Notes under the pieces: generated by a model
Seen by the model: only the letters and a program-made list of their open reading frames with translations
Databases searched by the model: none
What the model was told of the DNA's origin: nothing
DNA from: Eledone cirrhosa
Taxonomy: Eukaryota
Direction of reading: 5' to 3'
NCBI GenBank assembly: GCA_964016885.1
Contig: OZ024742.1
Coordinates: 164,610,001 to 164,674,000 of the forward strand
Length of the DNA: 64,000 bases
In this document: positions 52,401 to 64,000 of the stretch, piece after piece
Layout: each line of letters opens with the position of its first letter
How positions within the stretch are numbered: position 1 is the stretch's first letter
Position numbers and translations under genes: made by a program

Positions 52401-55400
52401 CCCCTTGGAGGGCTGGAAATTATCTTCCCTTGGACGGCTGGAAATTATCTCTGCTTGATTTTTTTTACAAATTATCTCCCCCTGATTTTTTTTTACAAAT
52501 TATCCCCCCCGATTTTTTTTACAAATTATCTCCCCCTGATTTTTTTTACAAATTATCTCCCCTTGGACGGCTGGAAATTATCTCCCCTTGGACGGCTGGA
52601 AATTATCTCCCCTTGGACGGCTAGAAATTACCTCTCCTTGGACGACTGAAAATTATCTCCCCTTGGACGGCTGCAAATTATCTCCCCTTGATTTTTTTTA
52701 CAAATTATCTCCGCCTGATTTTTTTTTTAAAATTATCTCCCCTTGGACGGCTGGAAATTACCTCCCCTTGGACGGCTGGAAATTATCTCCCCTTGGACGG
52801 CTAGAAATTACCTCTCATTGGACGGCTGAAAATTATCTCCCCTTGGACGGCTGGAAATTATCTCCCCTTGATTTCTTTTACAAATTATCTCCCCCTGATT
52901 TTTTTTTACAAATTATCTCCCCCTGATTTTTTTTTTACAAATTATCTCCGCCTGATTTTTTTTTAAAATTATCTCTCCTTGGACGGCTGGATATTATCTC
53001 CCCTTTCATTTTTTTTACAAATTATCTCCCCCTGATTTTTTTTTACAAATTATCTCCCCCTGATTTTTTTTTTACAAATTATCTACCCCTAATTTTTTTT
53101 TACAAATTATCTCCCCCTGATTTTTTTTACAAATTATCTCCCCCTGATTTTTTTTTTACAAATTATCTCCCCCTGATTTTTTTACAAATTATCTCCCCCT
53201 GATTTTTTTTACAAATTATCTCCGCCTGATTTTTTTAAATATTATCTTCTCTTGGCTGGCGGGAAATTATCTCCCCTTGGACGGCTGAAAATTATCTCCC
53301 CTTGGACGGCTGGAAATTATCTCCCCTTGATTTTTTTTACAAATTATCTCCCCCTGATTTTTTTTTACAAATTATCTCCCCCTGATTTTTTTTACAAATT
53401 ATCTCCCCCTGATTTTTTTTTACAAATTATCTCCCCCTGATTTTTTTTACAAATTATCTCCCCCTGATTTTTTTACAAATTATCTCCCCTTGGCTGGCTG
53501 GAAATTATCTCCCCTTGGAGGCTGGAATTTATCTCCCCTTGGACGGCTAGAAATTACCTCTCCTTGGACGGCTGGAAAATATGTCCTTGGACGGCTGGAT
53601 ATTATCTACCCTTGGACGGCTGGAAATTATCTCCCCTTGGACGGCTGGAAATTATCTCCCCTTGGACGGCTAGATATTACCTCCCCTTGGACGGCTGGAA
53701 ATTATCTCCCCTTGATTTTTTTTACAAATTATCCCCCCCTGATTTTTTTTTACAAATTATCTTCCCCTGATTTTTTTTTACAAATTATCTACCCCTGATT
53801 TTTTTTTACAAATTATCTCCCCCTAATTTTTTTTACAAATTATCTCTCCCTGATTTTTTTTTACAAATTATCTCCCCCTGATTTTTTTTTACAAATTATC
53901 TACCCCTGATTTTTTTTTACAAATTATCTCCCCCTGATTTTTTTTACAAATTATCTCCCCCTGATTTTTTTTACAAATTATCTCCCCCTGATTTTTTTAC
54001 AAATTATCTCCCCCCGATTTTTTTTACAAATTATCTCCGCCTAATTTTTTTAAATATTATCTTCCCTTGGCTGGCGGGAAATTATCTCCCCTTGGACGGC
54101 TGAAAATTATCTCCCCTTGGACGGCTGGAAATTATCTCCCCTTGATTTTTTTACAAATTATCTCCCCCTGATTATTTTTTACAAATTATCTCCCCCTGAT
54201 TTTTTTTTACAAATTATCTCCCTCTCATTTTTTTTACAAATTATCTCCCCTTGGCTGGCTGGAAATTATCTCCCCTTGGAGGCTGGAATTTATCTCCACT
54301 TGGACGGTTAGAAATTACCTCTCCTTGGACTGCTGGAAAATATGTCTCCTTGGACGGCTGGAAATTATCTCCCCTTGGACGGCTGGAAATTATCTCCCCT
54401 TGGACGGCTGGAAATTATCTCTCCTCGGACGACTAGAAATTACCTCTCCTTGGACAGCTGAAAATTATCTCCCCTTGGACGGCTGGAAATTATCTCCCCT
54501 TGATTTTTTTTACAAATTATCTCCCCCCGATTTTTTTTTACAAATTATCTCCCCCTGATTTTTTTTTACAAATTATCTCCCCCTGATTTTTTTTACAAAT
54601 TATCTCCCCCTGATATTTTTTACAAATTATCTCCCCCTGATTTTTTTACAAATTATCTCCCCTTGGCTGGCTGGAAATTATCTCCCCTTGGAGGCTGGAA
54701 TTTATCTCCCCTTGGACGGCTAGAAATTACCTCGCCTTGGACGGCTGGAAAATATGTCTCCTTGGACGGCTGGAAATTATCTCCCCTTGGACGGCTGGAA
54801 ATTATCTCCCCTTGGACGGCTGGAAATTATCTCCCCTTGGACGGCTAGATATTACCTCCCCTTGGACGGCTGGAAATTATCTCCCCTTGATTTTTTTTAC
54901 AAATTATCTCCCCCTGATTTTTTTTTTAAATTATCTCCCCTTGAACGGCTGGAAATTATCTCCCCTTGGACGGCTGGAAATTATCTCCCCTTGGACGGCT
55001 AGAAATTACCTCTCCTTGGACGGCTGAAAATTATCTCCCCTTGGACGGCTGCAAATTATCTCCCCTTGATTTTTTAACAAATTATCTCCCCCTGATTTTT
55101 TTTTACAAATTATCTCCCCCTGATTTTTTTTTACAAATTATCTACGCCTAATTTTTTTTACAAATTATCTCCCCCTGATTTTTTTTTACAAATTATCTCC
55201 CCCTGATTTTTTTTACAAATTATCTCCCCCTGATTTTTTTTTACAAATTATTTCCCCCTGATTTTTTTACAAATTATCTCCCCCCTGATTTTTTTTACAA
55301 TCTCCGCCTGATTTTTTTAAAAATTATCTTGCCTTGGCTGGCGGGAAATTATCTCCCCTTGGACGGCTGGAAATTATATCCCCTTGGACGGCTGGAAATT

Positions 55401-58400
55401 ACCTCCCCTTGGACAGCTGGAAATTATCTGCCCTTGATTTTGTTTTTACAAATTATCTCCCCCTGATTTTTTTTACAAATTATCTCCACCTGATTTTTTA
55501 AAAAATTATCTCCCCTTGGACGGCTGGAAATTATCTCCCCTTGATTTTTTTACAAATTATCTCCCCCTGATTTTTTTTACAAATTATCTCCCCCTGATTT
55601 TTTTTTACAAATTATCTCCCCCTGATTTTTTTACAAATTATCTCCCCCTGATTTTTTTTACAAATTATCTCCGCCTGATTTTTTTAAATATTATCTTCCC
55701 TTGGCTGGCGGGAAATTATCTCCCCTTGGACGGCTGATAATTATCTCCCCTTGGACGGCTGGAAATTATCTCCCCTTGATTTTTTTTACAAATTATCTCC
55801 CCCTGATTTTTTTTTACAAATTATCTCCCCCTGATTTTTTTTACAAATTATCTCCGCCTGATTTTTTTAAATATTATCTTCCCTTGGCTGGCTGGAAATT
55901 ATCTCCCCTTGGAGGCTGGAATTTATCTCCCCTTGGACGGCTAGAAATTACCTCTCCTTGGACGGCTGGAAAATATTTCTCCTTGGACGGCTGGATATTA
56001 TCTACCCTTGGACGGGTGGAAATTATCTCCCCTTGGACGGCTGGAAATTATCTCCCCTTGGACAGCTAGATATTACCTCCCCTTGGACGGCTGGAAATTA
56101 TCTCCCCTTGATTTTTTTTACAAATTATCTCCCCCTGATTTTTTTTACAAATTATCTCCACCTGATTTTTTTACAAATTATCTCCCCCTGATTTTTTTTA
56201 CAAATTATCTCCCCCTGATTTTTTTACAAATTATCTCCCCTTGGCTGGCTGGAAATTATCTCCCCTTGGAGGCTGGAATTTATCTCCCCTTGGACGGCTG
56301 GAAATTATCTCCCCTTGATTTTTTTTACAAATTATCTACCCCTGATTTTTTTTACAAATTATCTCCCCCTGATTTTTTTTACAAATTATCTCCCCCTGAT
56401 TTTTTTACAAATTATCTCCCCCTGATTTTTTTACAAATTATCTCCCCCTGATTTTTTTTTACAAATTATCTACGCCTAATTTTTTTTACAAATTATCTCC
56501 CCCTGATTTTTTTTTACAAATTATCTCCCCCTGATTTTTTTTTACAAATTATCTCCCCCTGATTTTTTTTTACAAATTATCTCCCCCTGATTTTTTTACA
56601 AATTATCTCCCCCCTGATTTTTATTACAATCTCCGCCTGATTTTTTAAAAAATTATCTTCCCTTGGCTGGCGGGAAATTATCTTCCCTTGGACGGCTGGA
56701 AATTATATCCCCTTGGAAGGATGGAAATTATCTCCCCTTGGACGGCTGGAAATTATCTCCCCTTGGACGGCTGGAAATTATCTCCCCTTGGACAGCTGGA
56801 AATTATCTGCCCTTGATTTTGTTTTTACAAATTATCTCCCCCTGATTTTTTTTACAAATTATCTCCACCTGATTTTTTAAAAAATTATCTCCCCTTGGAC
56901 GGCTGGAAATTATCTCCCCTTGGCTGGAAATTATCTCCCCTTGGACGGCTAGAAATTATCTCTCTTTGGACGGCTGGAAATTATCTGCCTTTGATTTTTT
57001 TTACAAATTATCTCCCCCTGATTTTTTTTTACAAATTATCTCACCCTGATTTTTTTTACAAATTATCTCCCTCTGATTTTTTTACAAATTATCTCCCCTT
57101 GGCTGGCTGGAAATTATCTCCCCTTGGAGGCTGGAATTTATCTCCCCTTGGACGGCTAGAAATTACCTCTCCTTGGACGGCTGGAAAATATGTCTCCTTG
57201 GACGGCTGGATATTATCTACCCTTGGACGGCTGGAAATTATCTCCCCTTGGACGGCTGGAAATTATCTCCCCTTGGACGGCTAGATATTACCTCCCCTTG
57301 GACGGCTGGAAATTATCTCCCCTTGATTTTTTTACAAATTATCTCCCCCTGATTTTTTTACAAATTATCTCCCCCTGATTTTTTTTACAAATTATCTCCG
57401 CCTAATTTTTTTAAATATTATCTTCCCTTGGCTGGCGGGAAATTATCTCCCCTTGGACGGCTGAAAATTATCTCCCCTTGGACGGCTGGAAATTATCTCC
57501 CCTTGATTTTTTTTACAAATTATCTGCCCCTGATTTTTTTTTACAAATTATCTCCCCCTGATTTTTTTTACAAATTATCTCCCCCTGATTTTTTTACAAA
57601 TTATCTCCCCTTGGCTGGCTGGAAATTATCTCCCCTTGGAGGCTGGAATTTATCTCCCCTTGGACGGCTAGAAATTACCTCTCCTTGGACGGCTGGAAAA
57701 TATGTCCTTGGACGGCTGGATATTATCTACCCTTGGACGGCTGGAAATTATCTCCCCTTGGACGGCTGGAAATTATCTCCCCTTGGACGGCTAGATATTA
57801 CCTCCCCTTGGACGGCTGGAAATTATCTCCCCTTGATTTTTTTTACAAATTATCTCCCCCTGATTTTTTTTTACAAATTATCTCCCCCTGATTTTTTTTT
57901 ACAAATTATCTACCCCTGATTTTTTTTTACAAATTATCTCCCCCTGATTTTTTTTACAAATTATCTCCCCCTGATTTTTTTTTACAAATTATCTCCCCCT
58001 GATTTTTTTTTACAAATTATCTACCCCTGATTTTTTTTACAAATTATCTCCCCCTGATTTTTTTTACAAATTATCTCCCCCTGATTTTGTTTACAAATTA
58101 TCTCCCCCTGATTTTTTTACAAATTATCTCCCCCTGATTTTTTTTACAAATTATCTCCGCCTAATTTTTTTAAATATTATCTTCCCTTGGCTGGCGGGAA
58201 ATTATCTCCCCTTGGACGGCTGAAAATTATCTCTCCTTGGACGGCTGGAAATTATCTCCCCTTGATTTTTTTTACAAATTATCTCCCCCTGATTATTTTT
58301 TACAAATTATCTCCCCCTGATTTTTTTTTACAAATTATCTCCCCCTGATTTTTTTTACAAATTATCTCCCCCTGATTTTTTTACAAATTATCTCCCCTTG

Positions 58401-61400
58401 GCTGGCTGGAAATTATCTCCCCTTGGAGGCTGGAATTTATCTCCCCTTGGACGGTTAGAAATTACCTCTCCTTGGACGGCTGGAAAATATGTCTCCTTGG
58501 ACGGCTGGAAATTATCGCCCCTTGGACGGCTGGAAATTATCTCCCCTTGGACGGCTGGAAATTATCTCTCCTCGGACGGCTAGAAATTACCTCTCCTTGG
58601 ACAGCTGAAAATTATCTCCCCTTGGACGGCTGGAAATTATCTCCCCTTGATTTTTTTTACAAATTATCTCCCCCTGATTTTTTTTTACAAATTATCTCCC
58701 CCTGATTTTTTTTTACAAATTATCTCCCCCTGATTTTTTTTTACAAATTATCTCCCCCTGATATTTTTTACAAACTATCTCCCCCTGATTTTTTTACAAA
58801 TTATCTCCCCTTGGCTGGCTGGAAATTATCTCCCCTTGGAGGCTGGAATTTATCTCCCCTTAGACGGCTAGAAATTACCTCGCCTTGGACGGCTGGAAAA
58901 TATGTCTCCTTGGACGGCTGGAAATTATCTCCCCTTGGACGGCTGGAAATTATCTCCCCTTGGACGGCTGGAAATTATCTCCCCTTGGACGGCTAGATAT
59001 TACCTCCCCTTGGACGGCTGGAAATTATCTCCCCTTGATTTTTTTTACAAATTATCTCCCCCTGATTTTTTTTTACAAATTATCTCCCCCTGATTTTTTT
59101 TTACGAATTATCTCCCCCCGATTTTTTTTTACAAATTATCTCCGCCTGATTTTTTTAAAAAAATTATCTCCCCTTGAACGGCTGGAAATTATCTCCCCTT
59201 GGACGGCTGGAAATTATCTCCCCTTGGACGGCTAGAAATTACCTCTCCTTGGACGGCTGAAAATTATCTCCCCTTGGACGGCTGCAAATTATCTCCCCTT
59301 GATTTTTTAACAAATTATCTCCCCCTGATTTTTTTTTACAAATTATCTCCCCCTGATTTTTTTTTACAAATTATCTCCCCCTGATTTTTTTACAAATTAT
59401 CTCCCCCTGATTTTTTTTACAATCTCCGCCTGATTTTTTTAAAAATTATCTTCCCTTGGCTGGCGGGAAATTATCTCCCCTTGGACGGCTGGAAATTATA
59501 TCCCCTTGGAAGGATGGAAATTATCTCCCCTTGGACGGCTGGAAATTATCTCCCCTTGGACGGCTGGAAATTATCTCCCCTTGGACAGCTGGAAATTATC
59601 TGCCCTTGATTTTGTTTTTACAAATTATCTCCCCCTGATTTTTTTTACAAATTATCTCCACCTGATTTTTTAAAAAATTATCTCCCCTTGGACGGCTGGA
59701 AATTATCTCCCCTTGATTTTTTTACAAATTATCTCCCCCTGATTTTTTTTACAAATTATCTCCCCCTGATTTTTTGTTACAAATTATCTCCCCCTGATTT
59801 TTTTAAAAATTATCTCCCCCTGATTTTTTTTACAAATTATCTCCGCCTGATTTTTTTAAATATTATCTTCCCTTGGCTGGCGGGAAATTATCTCCCCTTG
59901 GACGGCTGAAAATTATCTCCCCTTGGACGGCTGGAAATTATCTCCCCTTGATTTTTTTACAAATTATCTCCCCCTGATTTTTTTTTACAAATTATCTCCC
60001 CCTGATTTTTTTTACAAATTATCTCCCCCTGATTTTTTTTTACAAATTATCTCCCCCTGATTTTTTTACAAATTATCTCCCCTTGGCTAGCTGGAAATTA
60101 TCTCCCCTTGGAGGCTGGAATTTATCTCCCCTTGGACGGCTAGAAATTACCTCTCCTTGGACGGCTGGAAAATATGTCTCCTTGGACGGCTGGATATTAT
60201 CTACCCTTGGACGGCTGGAAATTATCTCCCCTTGGACGGCTGGAAATTATCTCCCCTTGGACGGCTAGATATTACCTCCCCTTGGACGGCTGGAAATTAT
60301 CTCCCCTTGATTTTTTTTACAAATTATCTCCCCCTGATTTTTTTTTACGAATTATCTCCCCCTGATTTTTTTTTACAAATTATCTCCGCCTGATTTTTTT
60401 TTTAAATTATCTCCCCTTGAACGGCTGGAAATTATCTCCCCTTGGACGGCTGGAAATTATCTCCCCTTGGACGGCTAGAAATTACCTCTCCTTGGACGGC
60501 TGAAAATTATCTCCCCTTGGACGGCTGCAAATTATCTCCCCTTGATTTTTTTAACAAATTATCTCCCCCTGATTTTTTTTTACAAATTATCTCCCCCTGA
60601 TTTTTTTTTACAAATTATCTACGCCTAATTTTTTTTACAAATTATCTCCCCCTGATTTTTTTTTACAAATTATCTCCCCCTGATTTTTTTTACAAATTAT
60701 CTCCCCCTGATTTTTTTTTACAAATTATCTCCCCCTGATTTTTTTACAAATTATCTCCCCCCTGAATTTTTTTACAATCTCCGCCTGATTTTTTAAAAAA
60801 TTATCTTCCCTTGGCTGGCAGGAAATTATCTCCCCTTGGTCGGCTGGAAATTATATCCCCTTGGAAGGATGGAAATTATCTCCCCTTGGACGGCTGGAAA
60901 TTATCTCCCCTTGGACGGCTGGAAATTACCTCCCCTTGGACAGCTGGAAATTATCTGCCCTTGATTTTGTTTTTACAAATTATCTCCCCCTGATTTTTTT
61001 TACAAATTATCTCCACCTGATTTTTTAAAAAATTATCTCCCCTTGATTTTTTTACAAATTATCTCCCCCTGATTTTTTTTACAAATTATCTCCCCCTGAT
61101 TTTTTTTTTACAAATTATCTCCCCCTGATTTTTTTACAAATTATCTCCCCCTGATTTTTTTTACAAATTATCTCCGCCTGATTTTTTTTACAAATTATCT
61201 CCCCTTGGCTGGCTGGAAATTATCTCCCCTTGGAGGCTGGAATTTATCTCCCCTTGGACGGCTAGAAATTACCTCTCCTTGGACGGCTGGAAAATATGTC
61301 CTTGGACGGCTGGATATTATCTACCCTTGGACGGCTGGAAATTATCTCCCCTTGGACGGCTGGAAATTATCTCCCCTTGGAGGCTGGAATTTATCTCCCC

Positions 61401-64000
61401 TTGGACGGCTAGAAATTACCTCTCCTTGGACGGCTGGAAAATATGTCCTTGGACGGCTGGATATTACCTCCCCTTGGACGGCTGGAAATTATCTCCCCTT
61501 GATTTTTTTTACAAATTATCTCCCCCTGATTTTTTTTACAAATCTAATGATTTTAAAAAAAAAATTATCTCCCCTTCGCTGGCTGGAAATTATCTCCCCT
61601 TCGCTGGCTGGAAATTATCTCCCCTTGGACGCTGGAAATTATAGCCCCTTGGAGGGTTGGAAATTATCTTCCCTTGGACGGCTGGAAATTATCTCCCCTT
61701 GGCTCGAAATTATCTCCCCTTGGACGGCTAGAAATTATCTCTCTTTGGACGGCTGGAAATTATCTCCCTTTGATTTTTTTTACAAATTATCTCCCCCTGA
61801 TTTTTTTTACAAATCTCCCCCTGATTTTTTAAAAAAAATTATCTCCCCTTCGCTGGCTGGAAATTATCTCCCCTTGGACACTGGAAATTATAGCCCCTTG
61901 GAGGGCTGGAAATTATCTTCCCTTGGACGGCTGGAAATTATCTCTGCTTGATTTTTTTTACAAATTATCTCCCCCTGATTTTTTTTTACAAATTATCCCC
62001 CCCGATTTTTTTTACAAATTATCTCCCCCTGATTTTTTTTACAAATTATCTCCCCTTGGACGGCTGGAAATTATCTCCCCTTGGACGGCTGGAAATTATC
62101 TCCCCTTGGACGGCTAGAAATTACCTCTCCTTGGACGACTGAAAATTATCTCCCCTTGGACGGCTGCAAATTATCTCCCCTTGATTTTTTTTACAAATTA
62201 TCTCCCCCTGATTTTTTTTTACAAATTATCTCCCCCTGATTTTTTTTTTACAAATTATCTCCGCCTGATTTTTTTTTAAAATTATCTCTCCTTGGACGGC
62301 TGGATATTATCTCCCCTTTCATTTTTTTTACAAATTATCTCCCCCTGATTTTTTTTTACAAATTATCTCCCCCTGATTTTTTTTTTACAAATTATCTACC
62401 CCTAATTTTTTTTTACAAATTATCTCCCCCTGATTTTTTTTACAAATTATCTCCCCCTGATTTTTTTTTTACAAATTATCTCCCCCTGATTTTTTTTACA
62501 AATTATCTCCGCCTGATTTTTTTAAATATTATCTTCTCTTGGCTGGCGGGAAATTATCTCCCCTTGGACGGCTGAAAATTATCTCCCCTTGGACGGCTGG
62601 AAATTATCTCCCCTTGATTTTTTTTACAAATTATCTCCCCCTGATTTTTTTTTACAAATTATCTGCCCCTGATTTTTTTTACAAATTATCTCCCCCTGAT
62701 TTTTTTTTACAAATTATCTCCCCCTGATTTTTTTTACAAATTATCTCCCCCTGATTTTTTTACAAATTATCTCCCCTTGGCTGGCTGGAAATTATCTCCC
62801 CTTGGAGGCTGGAATTTATCTCCCCTTGGACGGCTAGAAATTACCTCTCCTTGGACGGCTGGAAAATATGTCCTTGGACGGCTGGATATTATCTACCCTT
62901 GGACGGCTGGAAATTATCTCCCCTTGGACGGCTGGAAATTATCTCCCCTTGGACGGCTAGATATTACCTCCCCTTGGACGGCTGGAAATTATCTCCCCTT
63001 GATTTTTTTTACAAATTATCCCCCCCTGATTTTTTTTTACAAATTATCTCCCCCTGATTTTTTTTTACAAATTATCTATCCCTGATTTTTTTTTACAAAT
63101 TATCTCCCCCTAATTTTTTTTACAAATTATCTCTCCCTGATTTTTTTTTACAAATTATCTCCCCCTGATTTTTTTTTACAAATTATCTACCCCTGATTTT
63201 TTTTTACAAATTATCTCCCCCTGATTTTTTTTACAAATTATCTCCCCCTGATTTTTTTTACAAATTATCTCCCCCTGATTTTTTTACAAATTATCTCCCC
63301 CCGATTTTTTTTACAAATTATCTCCGCCTAATTTTTTTAAATATTATCTTCCCTTGGCTGGCGGGAAATTATCTCCCCTTGGACGGCTGAAAATTATCTC
63401 CCCTTGGACGGCTGGAAATTATCTCCCCTTGATTTTTTTACAAATTATCTCCCCCTGATTATTTTTTACAAATTATCTCCCCCTGATTTTTTTTTACAAA
63501 TTATCTCCCTCTGATTTTTTTTACAAATTATCTCCCCTTGGCTGGCTGGAAATTATCTCCCCTTGGAGGCTGGAATTTATCTCCACTTGGACGGTTAGAA
63601 ATTACCTCTCCTTGGACTGCTGGAAAATATGTCTCCTTGGACGGCTGGAAATTATCTCCCCTTGGACGGCTGGAAATTATCTCCCCTTGGACGGCTGGAA
63701 ATTATCTCTCCTCGGACGACTAGAAATTACCTCTCCTTGGACAGCTGAAAATTATCTCCCCTTGGACGGCTGGAAATTATCTCCCCTTGATTTTTTTTAC
63801 AAATTATCTCCCCCCGATTTTTTTTTACAAATTATCTCCCCCTGATTTTTTTTTACAAATTATCTCCCCCTGATTTTTTTTACAAATTATCTCCCCCTGA
63901 TATTTTTTACAAATTATCTCCCCCTGATTTTTTTACAAATTATCTCCCCTTGGCTGGCTGGAAATTATCTCCCCTTGGAGGCTGGAATTTATCTCCCCTT
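46430..64000 (+). repeat. About 9.4-kb higher-order tandem duplication (about 46430-55870 and 55870 to the window end)
   Basis: Offsets 9440 (46568/56008, 47223/56663, 48958/58398), 9493 (49318/58811, 51712/61205), 9287 (53252/62539, 54251/63538); private variants GGCTAGCTGG, TTTATTACAATC, GAATTTTTTT, 21-bp TTGGCTGGAAA unit in both copies. Confidence 0.93.

Larger units (their letters stand above)
1..64000 (+). repeat. Complex satellite array of two core-sharing monomers: A (25 bp AAATTATCTCCCCTTGGACGGCTGG) and B (26-29 bp AAATTATCTCCCCCTGA[T]7-10AC), in alternating runs; open at both window ends
   Basis: Every line of the window parses into these two monomers or close variants, all in one orientation; I saw no inverted copy and no unique insertion. 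Confidence 0.99.

Noticed and set aside
87-63845. All ORFs in the supplied track as protein-coding genes
   Set aside because: They are overlapping translations of the same repeat in all three frames, mostly starting at TTG in the core, ended by TAG/TGA variants and frameshifted by T-tract length. No recognisable domain and no frame preservation between homologous copies.
1-64000. CRISPR array (constant repeat plus variable spacer)
   Set aside because: The core is only 16 bp, the intervening pieces are 9-13 bp and of just two types, and there is no leader or cas gene.
1-64000. Telomerase- or reverse-transcriptase-synthesised array from two alternative templates (yeast-like 25-bp telomeric unit)
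   Set aside because: Point variants and T-tract lengths are inherited in kb-scale blocks, which indicates DNA-level duplication rather than de novo templated addition; the unit matches no telomeric repeat I know. A recombination-maintained terminal satellite is not excluded.
1-64000. Plasmid iterons or DnaA boxes (TTATC...)
   Set aside because: TTATCTCCC does not fit the DnaA box TTATNCACA, iteron clusters span a few copies, and no rep gene is present.
1-64000. A single fixed-length higher-order repeat as in alpha satellite
   Set aside because: Observed offsets (1988, 4077, 5407, 6222, 9440 etc.) are not multiples of a common unit and none persists beyond about three copies.
1-64000. Pure sequencing artefact or adapter concatemer
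   Set aside because: Ordered diagnostic variants and homopolymer lengths recur across distant copies, which random error would not produce, and I recognise no adapter sequence. Individual duplications could still be misassembled.

Overview
The entire 64 kb is one uninterrupted, head-to-tail, single-orientation tandem-repeat (satellite-like) array. I see no unique sequence, credible gene, RNA gene, transposon or CRISPR array. It is built from two monomers that share a 16-bp core AAATTATCTCCCC(T/C)TG: monomer A (25 bp, AAATTATCTCCCCTTGGACGGCTGG, 13/25 GC) and monomer B (mostly 26-28 bp, AAATTATCTCCCCCTGA-T7-9-AC, about 30% GC). That is roughly 2,450 monomers (64000/~26). A and B occur in alternating runs. 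The A runs fall into about five recurring cassette types with position-specific variants, and these are re-used in nested duplications at offsets of about 0.1, 0.25, 1.2, 1.6, 2.0, 4.1-4.8, 5.4, 6.2, 9.3-9.5, 26-27, 38 and 43 kb. Offsets were derived from identical ORF-track entries and spot-checked with diagnostic variants; block boundaries are approximate. All listed ORFs are by-products of a monomer that lacks stop codons on the + strand. The array is most likely eukaryotic heterochromatic, centromeric or subtelomeric satellite, but organism and function cannot be determined from this window. What is interesting is the architecture (two-letter monomer grammar, layered expansion, constant-length T/A boundary drift, CpG decay, dense GATA motifs), not a protein-coding system.
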